From assembly GCA_963665115.1 (NCBI GenBank), contig OY762007.1, positions 3,008,001-3,072,000 of the forward strand: a stretch of 64,000 nucleotides of DNA, in the 5' to 3' direction. The position numbers were made by a program, and so were the translations under genes. Source of the DNA: an uncultured Rivularia sp. Lineage in GTDB: Bacteria; Cyanobacteriota; Cyanobacteriia; Cyanobacteriales; Nostocaceae. Under the pieces are notes generated by a model that saw nothing but the letters and a program-made list of their open reading frames with translations, was not told the origin of the DNA and made no database searches. Of the stretch, positions 1 through 10,047 are shown piece by piece. The first letter of the stretch is position 1. The number at the start of each line of letters is the position of its first letter.

Positions 1-21
1 CAAGATGCTCACTCGATACTA

Positions 22-43
22 GGGAGCAAGATGCTCCCACTAC
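22..43 (+). repeat. Short palindromic dispersed repeat GGGAGCAAGATGCTCCCACTAC (second copy at 46901-46920)
   Basis: Same 20-mer occurs at both intergenic sites; GGGAGCA/TGCTCCC forms a hairpin. Confidence 0.7.
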
Positions 44-119
44 TAATCACCTGTTTTCACCGCAGAAATGGCTATACTAGGCATGAAGAGGGCTAAAGCC
101 CTTACTACGAACAAAAGAT

Positions 120-596
120 TTAAGTTAAATCCAATTGCATAGCGTTACTTGGTGAAAATCCTAAGTTTTCATAAACGGGTTTTCCTGCTGGTGATGCATT
201 TAAAATAGCTTTCGTACAATTGATAGATTTCAAATGCTCAACTGTAGCGTTAGTTAATTGTTTGGCTATTCCTTTTCTACGATAAGAAGGTTCGACGTAA
301 ACACCCCAAATATATCCGTATTTACGATATTCTTCTTCTAAAATTAGTGAATATAAACCTGTAAATAGCTGACAGCTTGCAGAGCCGACTATTAAATTAT
401 CCTCTTCTGCAACAAAACCTTTGTAAAATAAGTTTTGACGAGCTTGTTTGATAAAATCTAAAGTCATATTGCGGTGGTTGGATTTGATAAATTTTTCAGG
501 AGCGCCAATATCTAACCACATTTGATAAAAATGCTCTGCAATTATTGAATCTTCTTTTGGAGTTGTTTCTCTAATTTTGATATTTATCTCATGCAT
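120..596 (-). CDS. GNAT family N-acetyltransferase
   Basis: VYVEPSYRRKGIAKQL acetyl-CoA motif A and C-terminal YENLGF. Confidence 0.9.
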   Translation of the reverse strand: MHEINIKIRETTPKEDSIIAEHFYQMWLDIGAPEKFIKSNHRNMTLDFIKQARQNLFYKGFVAEEDNLIVGSASCQLFTGLYSLILEEEYRKYGYIWGVYVEPSYRRKGIAKQLTNATVEHLKSINCTKAILNASPAGKPVYENLGFSPSNAMQLDLT

Positions 597-771
597 TTAA
601 ATCTCTCTCTCTCTTTCTTCCTCTGCGAACTCTGCGCTCTCTGCGGTTTTTATAATCCAATTATGGTGCGTTACGGCAGCGCTGAGATATTTGTTTTGCT
701 CGGATATTAATTCGTGCCATAACACAACGGCAATATTGCGGGAAGAAAATCTACACCGCAATTTGCCTCCC

Positions 772-1563
772 CTACAAAAGAGTAATTTCATCATCAACTT
801 TAATAACTTGATTCCCACTTTGTTCATTTGCTAATCGAGTATTTACTGCGAGCTTATAATAATGATTAAAACGAGATTTATTCACCCATTCCGGCAAAGT
901 TTCTCTACGTTTATTAATAAATGTTTTCTGAAAACTTGAATTAACTTCTGCTGTAACTGCATCCCTAGTCAGAACAATACAGCGCTGACAGGGATTTACT
1001 CCGACAAATTGCAAATTGCCAATTTTAAAATTAATCGGATTATCGCTTTCAGAAAACAATTTATCTTCCCAAAACGCCGGCACTCCATCTATTTCTATGG
1101 TGGTACGCATTCTACGGCGGATATCGTCTTCATTTAAATCAGAATACCAGGAAGCAACTTCTCTTAAAGTGGCAGTACTAACTATAGTTGGTCCTGGTGA
1201 AACTGTATCATCAGGAAAGCCCATTTTTAAGTTTTTTTGTAATTTAACGGTAAAATAAAAAAACTCACTCAGCCAAACTTCTAATTCCTGTATTTCCCAC
1301 TCTAAATGAAAAGAATTCAAATTTTCTTCTGTATCGCTACCTTGAATATGTAGCAATAACATTTTATTTTCTAAATCAAATATTGAGCGCAATAAATGTA
1401 TTTTGGCATGACGTTTAGCATTGACAAACTTACCTTGCTCGTCAACAATGGCAAATTGACGGTCATACTCCAATGCACCACTCTGCAAAACAAGAGCCTG
1501 TATAACTTCCACCCCATCAAGTGACTTGATTGGGTAGATGCAAATCCTGGCTACATGGGGCAT
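772..1563 (-). CDS. MOSC domain protein
   Basis: N-terminal IYPIKSL, DRQFAIVD and conserved PCQRC. Confidence 0.9.
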   Translation of the reverse strand: MPHVARICIYPIKSLDGVEVIQALVLQSGALEYDRQFAIVDEQGKFVNAKRHAKIHLLRSIFDLENKMLLLHIQGSDTEENLNSFHLEWEIQELEVWLSEFFYFTVKLQKNLKMGFPDDTVSPGPTIVSTATLREVASWYSDLNEDDIRRRMRTTIEIDGVPAFWEDKLFSESDNPINFKIGNLQFVGVNPCQRCIVLTRDAVTAEVNSSFQKTFINKRRETLPEWVNKSRFNHYYKLAVNTRLANEQSGNQVIKVDDEITLL

Positions 1564-1793
1564 ATTTAGCCTCTAGATAATCGCTGTACTCGAACTTAAT
1601 AACAGCGTATTTTATATAGTGGTTGCTTACAAGAGCCAATTTTATAATTTATTACCAGTCCACTTTTATCTTAAAGATGAATTTGTTATAAGCCGGAAGC
1701 AACTGTTTTGACGCTTATCTCATAAAATGCATAGTTTGTCAATTAAAATATCAAGTTTTTTTAATCATGACAATGATTTTTTATTGATGATTT

Positions 1794-1802
1794 GGGAATA
1801 CT
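1794..1802 (+). promoter_or_regulatory. J-Box-like (SigJ) extended -10 element GGGAATACT
   Basis: Matches the Nostoc J-Box consensus GGGaAtacT ~30 nt before the ATG; motif repeated 6 times in this cluster. Confidence 0.65.
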
Positions 1803-1832
1803 AAATTCGGAAGCGTTAAGGATGGAAGCAGT

Positions 1833-4800
1833 ATGATTAATATTCCCGGATATCAAATCTTAGAAGAACTCTACAACGGTTCGAGAACCCTGGTCTATCG
1901 TGCTGTTCGAGATGATAAAAAACCTGTAGTCATCAAGTTGCTCAAAAACCCCTATCCGAGTTTCAGCGAGTTGGTGCAGTTTCGCAATCAATACACCATA
2001 GCCAAAAATCTTAATTCACCCGGAATCATCCAAACTTATAGCTTGGCTAATTACCAAAATGGCTATGCATTAGTAATGGAAGATATTATGGGAATTTCCC
2101 TCAATGAATATTTTACCAACAATATAGAGACGCGATATATCGGGTTTCTACAAGAATTTCTCCAAATAGCAATTACCCTTTGCGATACCTTAGATATCCT
2201 CTATCGTCACCGAGTTATTCATAAAGATATTAAGCCTGCCAATATATTAATTAATCCTGAAACTAAACAAGTTAAGTTAATTGATTTTAGTATTGCATCT
2301 TTGTTACCGAGAGAAACCCAAACTCTTATAAATCCTAATGTTTTAGAAGGAACTTTAAGCTATATATCTCCGGAGCAAACCGGAAGAATGAATCGCGGGA
2401 TTGATTACCGTACTGATTTTTATTCTTTGGGTGTAACTTTTTACGAATTATTGACAGGAGAATTACCTTTTAAGTCAGATGATGCTATGGAGTTGGTGCA
2501 TTGTCATATTGCGAAAGCACCTCCACAGATAATAAAACCTCACCCTAACCCTCTCCTTATTAAAGAGAGGAGAAAAGAGATTCCCGCTATTTTATCCGAT
2601 ATCGTGATGAAATTGATGGCGAAAAATGCTGAAGATAGATATCAAAGTGCTTTGGGATTAAAGCATGATTTAGAATCTTGTTTAAAACAACTTCAAGACA
2701 CCGGAAAGATTGAATATTTTCAAATTGCACAAAGAGATATTTGTGACAGATTTATTATTCCTGAAAAACTTTATGGTCGAGAAACTGAAGTTGAAGAATT
2801 ATTAGCTGCATTTGACAGAATTGCTGGTTGTGAAGGCAAAGCGGAATTAATGCTGGTAGCTGGTTTTTCTGGTATTGGAAAAACTGCGCTGATTAACGAA
2901 GTTCATAAGCCAATAGTTAAGCAACGTGGTTATTTTATTCAAGGTAAATTTGACCAGTTTAATCGTAATATTCCTCTGAATGCTTTTGTGCAGGCGTTTC
3001 GAGATTTAATGAGACAATTGAGAACGGAAAGTGATGCCCAATTGTCAATTTGGAAAAACAAAATTATACAGTTTTTGGGTGATAATGCAGGGGTAATAAT
3101 TGATGTTATTCCCGAATTAGAACAAATTATTGGAGAACAACCCCCCGTACCAGAATTATCAGGTACTGCTGCTCAAAATAGATTCAATTTATTATTTGAA
3201 AAATTTATTCAAGTTTTTACGACTAAAGAACATCCTTTAGTTGTCTTTTTAGATGATTTACAGTGGGTAGATTCAGCTTCTTTAAAATTGATGCAGTTGC
3301 TGATGAGTGAATCGGAAAATGGTTATTTATTATTAATTGGTGCTTACAGAAATAACGAGGTCTTTCCGGCTCATCCGTTGATGCTGATGTTAGATGAATT
3401 TAGAAAAGCCGAAGTAACTATCAGTACGATTAATTTAACACCGTTGAGTCAAAAAAGTTTAAATCAGTTAGTTAGCGAGACTCTTAATTGTTCGCCAGTA
3501 GTTACCCAAGAATTGACAAAATTGGTGTATCAAAAGACTAAGGGCAATCCATTTTTTAGCACGCAATTTTTGAAATTACTGCATGAAGATGGTTTGATTA
3601 GATTTAATTTGGATACAGGTTTGTGGGTATGCGATATTTCTCAAGTTAAGGGTTTAGCGCTTACTGATGATGTTGTTGAATTTATGTCATTGCAGCTGCA
3701 AAAGCTACCCGAAGCAACGCAGGATGTATTGAAACTGGCAGCTTGTATCGGAAATCAATTTGATTTATCAACTTTGGCTATAGTTTGCGAAAAGTCGGAA
3801 GCTGAAACTGCTGCTAATTTGTGGAAAACTTTACAGTTAGGGTTGATTTTACCGCAAAGCGAAATTTATAAGTTTTATATTGAAAAAGAAAGACCAGAAA
3901 TTGAGTTAGAATCTCAGGTTATAAGCTATAAGTTTTTACACGATAGAGTCCAACAAGCGGCTTTTTCTTTGATTCCGGAAAAGCAAAAAAAAGCAACTCA
4001 CCTCAAAATAGGACAATTGCTGTTAAAGAATACTGACGAGGATAAATTAGAAGAAAATATCTTTGAGATAGTCAATCAATTAAATATTGGAACTGAGTTG
4101 ATTACCGAGCAATCTTCTCGAAATCAGCTAGCAAAATTAAATTTAATGGCTGGATGTAAAGCCAAGATGGCTACTGCTTATAGCGCTGCTGTTGATTATT
4201 TGACATTGGGAAGAAATTTATTAACAACTACAAGCTGGGAAGACTGCTATGAATTGACGCTAGCACTTTATGAAGAAGCAGCAGAAGCAGCCTACCTCAG
4301 CACTAACTTTGCGGAAATGAATCAATTAGTTGAGGAAATACACCCGAAAGCTAAAACACTTTTAGATCGAATCAAAGTCTACGAAATCGAAATTCAAGCG
4401 CATATGGCACAGGATAAATTCCTTACAGCTATACAGACTGGGTTGCAAGTGCTGGAACTTCTTGGTATTTATTTCCCCGAAACACCCGAATACTCTCATA
4501 TTCAAACAGGAATAGAAACAACCTTTGCTAACTTAGGAGAAAGAAATCCCCTAGATTTAGCTGACATTCCTGTCATGAACGATGTCTCTAAATTAGCAGC
4601 CCAGAGAATTATCAATTGTGTATTTCCTTGTGCTTATCAGGCTGCTCCTCAACTGTTGCCTTTGTTGGTAATGGAACAGGTTAATTTATCGATGAAATAT
4701 GGAAATTCTAATATCTCTGCTACAGGTTATGCGATGTGGGCATTAATTTTGTGCGGAGTTATCGGAGATATTGATACGGGCTATAAATTTGGTCAATTAG

Positions 4801-7259
4801 CTCTATCTTTGCTAGAACGATTCGACAGTAAAGAAACCCAAGCAGGGACAATTTTTCTGATAAATGCTGATGCTAAACATTATCGAGAGCATATTAAAGA
4901 AACATTAGCTTCATTACAATCTGCTTACTCAATTGGATTAGAAACTGGAGACTTAAAATTTGCGGCTTTAGCTATCTATATTTATGCTTACCATGCTTAT
5001 TTAAATGGCAATAATCTTTTAGAGCTTAGCCAACAAATTGCTAATTACAATCAGGTTTTGCATAAATTCCAACAGATCAATACTCTTAATCTGAGCCAAA
5101 CAGTACAGCAAACTATTCTTAACTTATTAGGTGAATCAGAAGACCCATGCCAACTAACTGGTGAAGCGTACAACCGAGAGGAAATGCTACCGCTTCAACA
5201 GCAAACTAATGATGCTACGGCTACTTTTTACGTTTATTTCAATCAAATGATTCTAAATTATTTGTTTGAAAATTATCAGCAGGCATTAGAAAACGCGATT
5301 GAAGCAGAAAAATATTTAGTTGGAGTAACGGCTAATCTTGTTGTTCCTGTTTTCTATTTTTATGACTCTTTGGTACAGCTAGCTACCCATACAAAAGCTA
5401 TAGATAAAAATCCTGAAGCTATCTTTAATAAAGTTGAGGCTAACCAGCAAAAAATGCAAAACTGGGCGCATCATGCCCCAATGAATTTTCAACATAAATA
5501 TGATTTAGTTGAAGCAGAAAAAAATCGGATTTTAGGTAAAAATTGGCAAGCAGCCGAACTATATGACTTAACAATCAAAGCATCTGAAGAACATGGTTTT
5601 ATCCAGGAAGTTGCCCTTGCAAACGAACTTGCAGCTAAATTCTACCTAGATTGGAATAAACAAAAAATAGCTCAAGTATATATACAAGAAGCTTACTATA
5701 GTTACGCTCGTTGGGGAGCTAAAGCTAAAATAGACGACTTAGAAAAACGCTATCCCGAGATACTTGCAGCAATCTTAGAAACACAAAAAATTAACTCTCA
5801 AAACCATGACACATACCTTCAAACCAATCAAACGATCCAAACAAATCGTTCTAGCAGCAGCCTTGGTGAAGCTTTAGATTTCGCCAGCATTCTTAAAGCA
5901 ACACGAGCTTTATCAAGTGAAATTCAATTAGACGAGTTAATTTCAACTTTACTGCAAATAGTGATAGAAAATGCTGGAGCAGACAAAGCTGCTTTAGTTT
6001 TACTTAAAAACAATATCTTTACTTTAGAAGCTATTGCAACTGATGATACTGTAACTTACTTCTCAATCCCTTACGAAACCAGTCCTGACATTCCTAGCTT
6101 AGTTTTGAATTACGTCAAACGCAGTTTAGAAACTGTTGTATTAGATAATGCCACAATTAAAAATTACTTTATTGCCGACGAATATTTAATACAACAGCAA
6201 CCCAAAAGTTTATTATGTTTCCCGATTTTGGATAGAGGTAAATTAACAGGTTTACTGTATTTGGAAAATAAGCTAACATTCGGTGCATTTACAGCTTCAA
6301 GATTGGAAGTAGTTAATCTTTTATGTTCTCAATCTGCTATTTCCTTAGAGAATGCTCGTTTATACCAAGAATCTCAGAATTTTGCAAAACAATTACAGCA
6401 AACTTTACAAGAATTAAAGCAAGCTCAATTACAAATGGTACAAAATGAAAAAATGGCTAGTTTGGGTAACTTAGTCGCAGGAGTAGCACACGAAGTTAAC
6501 AATCCAATTGGATTTCTTAAAGGCAGTATCAGCAATGCCGAAGAATATATTAAAGATTTATTTGCTCATCTAGAATGCTATCAAGAGAATTACCCCAGTC
6601 CAGAAGAAGAAGTGATAGAAAGTGCTGAAGAAATCGATTTAGAATTCCTCACCGAAGACTTACCAAAGCTTTTAAATTCGATGTCAGTAGCAACAGAACG
6701 CATTACCGATATTAGTAACAGTCTTCGTACTTTTTCCAGAGCAGATACATCCCAGAAAGTTGCTTGCAATCTTCACGAAGGGATTGATAGTACAATCTTG
6801 ATTTTAAAATATCGTCTCAAAGCCAACAATAAACGTCCTGCAATTGAAATTATTCAAGAGTACGGTCAATTACCGTCTATCAAGTGCTTTTTGGGACAGT
6901 TAAATCAAGTATTTATGAACATTATTGCGAATGCCATAGATGCTTTAGACATGACAAATGAAGGAAAAACATTTGCTCAAATAGAGGCAAATCCTCATAA
7001 AATAATGATTCAGACTGAATTATCAAATAAAAATAATAGAGCAATAATTAAAATAAAAGATAATGGTCCTGGAATGACTTTAGCAGTTCAAGAACGTATT
7101 TTCGATAATCTTTTTACTACTAAAGGAGTTGGTAAAGGTACGGGATTGGGTTTAGCAATAGCAAAGCAAATAGTTGAAGAAACTCACGGTGGAAAAATCA
7201 CCTGCAATTCCACACTAGGAGAAGGAACTGAATTTGTAATTGAATTACCTATCAATTAA
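1833..7259 (+). CDS. Trifunctional Ser/Thr kinase - AAA ATPase - GAF - histidine kinase
   Basis: HKDIKPAN/DFS kinase motifs, Walker A GFSGIGKT, LDDLQW Walker B, GAF, H-box AHEVNNP, GKGTGLGL G2 box. Confidence 0.95.
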   Translation: MINIPGYQILEELYNGSRTLVYRAVRDDKKPVVIKLLKNPYPSFSELVQFRNQYTIAKNLNSPGIIQTYSLANYQNGYALVMEDIMGISLNEYFTNNIETRYIGFLQEFLQIAITLCDTLDILYRHRVIHKDIKPANILINPETKQVKLIDFSIASLLPRETQTLINPNVLEGTLSYISPEQTGRMNRGIDYRTDFYSLGVTFYELLTGELPFKSDDAMELVHCHIAKAPPQIIKPHPNPLLIKERRKEIPAILSDIVMKLMAKNAEDRYQSALGLKHDLESCLKQLQDTGKIEYFQIAQRDICDRFIIPEKLYGRETEVEELLAAFDRIAGCEGKAELMLVAGFSGIGKTALINEVHKPIVKQRGYFIQGKFDQFNRNIPLNAFVQAFRDLMRQLRTESDAQLSIWKNKIIQFLGDNAGVIIDVIPELEQIIGEQPPVPELSGTAAQNRFNLLFEKFIQVFTTKEHPLVVFLDDLQWVDSASLKLMQLLMSESENGYLLLIGAYRNNEVFPAHPLMLMLDEFRKAEVTISTINLTPLSQKSLNQLVSETLNCSPVVTQELTKLVYQKTKGNPFFSTQFLKLLHEDGLIRFNLDTGLWVCDISQVKGLALTDDVVEFMSLQLQKLPEATQDVLKLAACIGNQFDLSTLAIVCEKSEAETAANLWKTLQLGLILPQSEIYKFYIEKERPEIELESQVISYKFLHDRVQQAAFSLIPEKQKKATHLKIGQLLLKNTDEDKLEENIFEIVNQLNIGTELITEQSSRNQLAKLNLMAGCKAKMATAYSAAVDYLTLGRNLLTTTSWEDCYELTLALYEEAAEAAYLSTNFAEMNQLVEEIHPKAKTLLDRIKVYEIEIQAHMAQDKFLTAIQTGLQVLELLGIYFPETPEYSHIQTGIETTFANLGERNPLDLADIPVMNDVSKLAAQRIINCVFPCAYQAAPQLLPLLVMEQVNLSMKYGNSNISATGYAMWALILCGVIGDIDTGYKFGQLALSLLERFDSKETQAGTIFLINADAKHYREHIKETLASLQSAYSIGLETGDLKFAALAIYIYAYHAYLNGNNLLELSQQIANYNQVLHKFQQINTLNLSQTVQQTILNLLGESEDPCQLTGEAYNREEMLPLQQQTNDATATFYVYFNQMILNYLFENYQQALENAIEAEKYLVGVTANLVVPVFYFYDSLVQLATHTKAIDKNPEAIFNKVEANQQKMQNWAHHAPMNFQHKYDLVEAEKNRILGKNWQAAELYDLTIKASEEHGFIQEVALANELAAKFYLDWNKQKIAQVYIQEAYYSYARWGAKAKIDDLEKRYPEILAAILETQKINSQNHDTYLQTNQTIQTNRSSSSLGEALDFASILKATRALSSEIQLDELISTLLQIVIENAGADKAALVLLKNNIFTLEAIATDDTVTYFSIPYETSPDIPSLVLNYVKRSLETVVLDNATIKNYFIADEYLIQQQPKSLLCFPILDRGKLTGLLYLENKLTFGAFTASRLEVVNLLCSQSAISLENARLYQESQNFAKQLQQTLQELKQAQLQMVQNEKMASLGNLVAGVAHEVNNPIGFLKGSISNAEEYIKDLFAHLECYQENYPSPEEEVIESAEEIDLEFLTEDLPKLLNSMSVATERITDISNSLRTFSRADTSQKVACNLHEGIDSTILILKYRLKANNKRPAIEIIQEYGQLPSIKCFLGQLNQVFMNIIANAIDALDMTNEGKTFAQIEANPHKIMIQTELSNKNNRAIIKIKDNGPGMTLAVQERIFDNLFTTKGVGKGTGLGLAIAKQIVEETHGGKITCNSTLGEGTEFVIELPIN

Positions 7260-7331
7260 TTTTAGATTTTGGATTTTAGATTTTGGATTTTGGGTTAAAT
7301 CTACTATTTCCTATTCCCTACTCCCTAACCT

Positions 7332-7496
7332 TTAATAATCATTATCAGCCACACAAATTCCTTTACATTTAATGCCATTTGTCGCGGTGCGCTTACAGTG
7401 GGGACATAGTATCTTTTCGCTGTCTATTTCTGCATCGTTGTTTGTATTGCTATTTGCTGGCGATTTATGTTTTTCTGTCTGGGATTCCGAAGTCAT
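7332..7496 (-). CDS. Small Cys-rich protein (54 aa, CPHC...CKGIC)
   Basis: Internal ATG at 7496; C-terminal CxxC...CxxxC looks like a metal-binding motif. Confidence 0.6.
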   Translation of the reverse strand: MTSESQTEKHKSPANSNTNNDAEIDSEKILCPHCKRTATNGIKCKGICVADNDY

Positions 7497-7633
7497 AAAT
7501 GAGAAGAGATTTTTGGGATTTTCATCATATATTTTACATTTTATAGTGGAACGCGGGAGACGTAGCACTGCGCCCCGTCTCTACAACTCGTCGAAAGCAT
7601 AAATTCTGAATGGTTCGTTTTCTCTGAACCGTC

Positions 7634-7660
7634 GAGAGACGTTATGTATAACGTCTCTAC
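7634..7660. repeat. Palindromic dispersed repeat AGAGACG...CGTCTCTAC
   Basis: Hairpin; related copies near 7555-7585, 2125-2150 and 18024-18048. Confidence 0.65.
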
Positions 7661-8067
7661 AAGCCGTCGGGACTATATTCTGGTTAGGTTTATCAATTGA
7701 GTAAATACATTAGATTCGGCGTAAATCAAAATACGGGTGGTAACATAGATATAATCAGATGTAAGTAAGTAAAAGTGTGTATTTTTTAAATATTTTTATA
7801 CTATGTTTACGTAAGATTAATTCCGGTATAGGTATGCTTTTATAACCGTTGAATTGAAAAAATCGAGAAAAGACTGCGGGGCTGGCGACACTCTACAGTA
7901 AGTTATAACCCCAAAAAGGTCAGTATTGGTTATCGTAATACTACTGTTGTGCATTGTAGATCGAAGTACAGATCGGTACATTGTTTATTCTGTAATTCAA
8001 TCCCGAAATAGTCAGTTTGCGAAGAAAACTTAGTCAGTTGTAAAAGGCTGAAGGGAAGTGTAGAGCA

Positions 8068-9652
8068 ATGCGAATTTTATTAATTTATCCTTTATTTCCA
8101 AAAACTTTTTGGTCGTATGAAAAAATTTTGGAGCTGGTAGATAAAAAAGTTTTATTACCACCTTTAGGTTTAGCTACTGTAGCTGCAATTTTGCCTCAAG
8201 AGTGGGAGTTTAAGTTAGTAGATCGTAATATTCGCTCTGTGACGGAAGCTGAATGGGAATGGGCAGATATGGTAATTTTATCTGCGATGATTGTGCAAAA
8301 AGAAGATTTATGCGATCAAATAAAAGTTGCAAAACAACACGGTAAATTAGTTGCAGTTGGTGGCCCCTTATCCAACCTCCGTACCCGCAGTAGCTCAAGA
8401 AGCTGGAGCCGATTTTCTCATCCTTGATGAAGGGGAAATTACTTTACCAATGTTTGTCGAAGCCGTACAAGCTGGTCAAACAAGTGGTATATTTCGCGCA
8501 ACAGAAAAACCAGATGTGACTTCAACACCGATTCCCCGCTTTGATTTATTGGAAAGAGATGATTACGACATGATGTCGGTGCAGTTTTCTCGCGGTTGTC
8601 CGTTTCAATGCGAATTTTGCGATATTATCGTACTTTACGGACGCAAACCCCGTACCAAAACCCCAGCACAGCTTTTAGCCGAACTTGATTGTTTGTATGA
8701 ATTGGGTTGGCGTGGCGGTATATTCATGGTGGATGATAACTTTATTGGCAATAAACGCAACGTTAAGCTGTTGCTCAAAGAGTTAAAAGAATGGATGAAA
8801 GCACACGAATATCCATTCCGCTTTGATACCGAAGCCTCAGTAGATTTAGCACAAGATCCAGAATTGATGGAATTGATGGTTGAATGTGGTTTTGCTGCGG
8901 TATTTTTGGGTATTGAGACACCAGATGAAGATAGTTTGCAGCTAACAAAGAAATTTCAAAACACCCGCAACTCCCTGGTTGAATCCGTACAAGATATTAT
9001 CAAAGCGGGTTTGCGTCCGATGGCTGGTTTTATTATTGGCTTCGATGGAGAAAAATCCGGTGCTGGCGATCGCATTGTCCGGTTTGCGGAACAAGCAGCG
9101 ATTCCTTCTACTACTTTTGCGATGTTACAAGCATTACCCAACACAGCATTGTGGCATCGTTTAGAGAAAGAAGGCAGAATGCGCGAATCTCAGGACGGAA
9201 ACATTAACCAAACTACGTTAATGAATTTTATTCCCACTCGTCCTTTAGAGGATATTGGCAGGGAATATATTGAAGCATTTTGTGCTTTGTATGACCCCAT
9301 CGCTTATTTAGACCGTACCTATCGCTGCTTTTTAATGATGGGTAAACCGAGTTGGAAAGCACCAGCTAAAAAGACCGAATGGGTTGTTGTCAAAGCACTT
9401 GCAACTGTTATTTTGCGACAAGGAATTAAACGCGAAACTCGCTGGAAATTCTGGCATCATTTATTCGGTATTCTCAAGCATAATCCCGCAGTTTTTGAAC
9501 ATTATTTATCTTCTTGCGCTCACAATGAGCATTTTCTGGAATACCGTCAAATAGTCCGCGAGCAAATCGAATCCCAACTTGAAGAGTATTTGGCTCAAGG
9601 TGCAGAAAAGCCTTATGTATTTGTGAAGAAAGCTGAAGCCGTTAACGCTTAA
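8068..9652 (+). CDS. B12-binding radical SAM protein (DUF4070-type), +1 frameshift near 8365
   Basis: N-terminal PPLGL...VAVGGP B12 domain in one frame, RGCPFQCEFC CxxxCxxC in the next; removing one C from GGCCCCTTAT restores GGPYPT. Confidence 0.88.
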
Positions 9653-9804
9653 TTGATTGAATTATAGGTCAAACAAAATTGTAGAGAAGGTATATTAAAG
9701 CCGTTTCTACAATTTTTTATGTTTATATGCTTCTTCAGTTTCTATTATGCTTAAATGTCGCTAAAAAGATTATTGGTATCTGTAACTACTCCGGTCGCGG
9801 AATC

Positions 9805-9854
9805 CGTTGAAGCGTCAATAATCACGCCCGCCTTTAGGTCGGTGAGTACGTCAA
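9805..9854 (+). mobile_element. Probable IS200/IS605-family right-end relic
   Basis: CCCGCCTTTAGGTCGG hairpin followed by GAGTACGTCAA resembles tnpB-element right ends ending in TCAA; no transposase or tnpB ORF nearby. Confidence 0.4.
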
Positions 9855-10009
9855 TAGCAGTTTGTGGCTAAGTTATTGATTAATAAGTAAAGCATTAATT
9901 ATGCAATCTAAAAAGCAATTGTTGGCAACTAAATAATAATATGAATATAGCCTTTCCCTGTAGTTTGGATAAAAAAATATGTCTTAATAATAATTATTGT
10001 AAAGATTTT

Positions 10010-10018
10010 GGGAATACT
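10010..10018 (+). promoter_or_regulatory. J-Box-like element GGGAATACT
   Basis: Same motif, ~30 nt upstream of ATG 10048. Confidence 0.65.
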
Positions 10019-10047
10019 AAATCTAGAAGTATCAGGAATTCAGTGGT

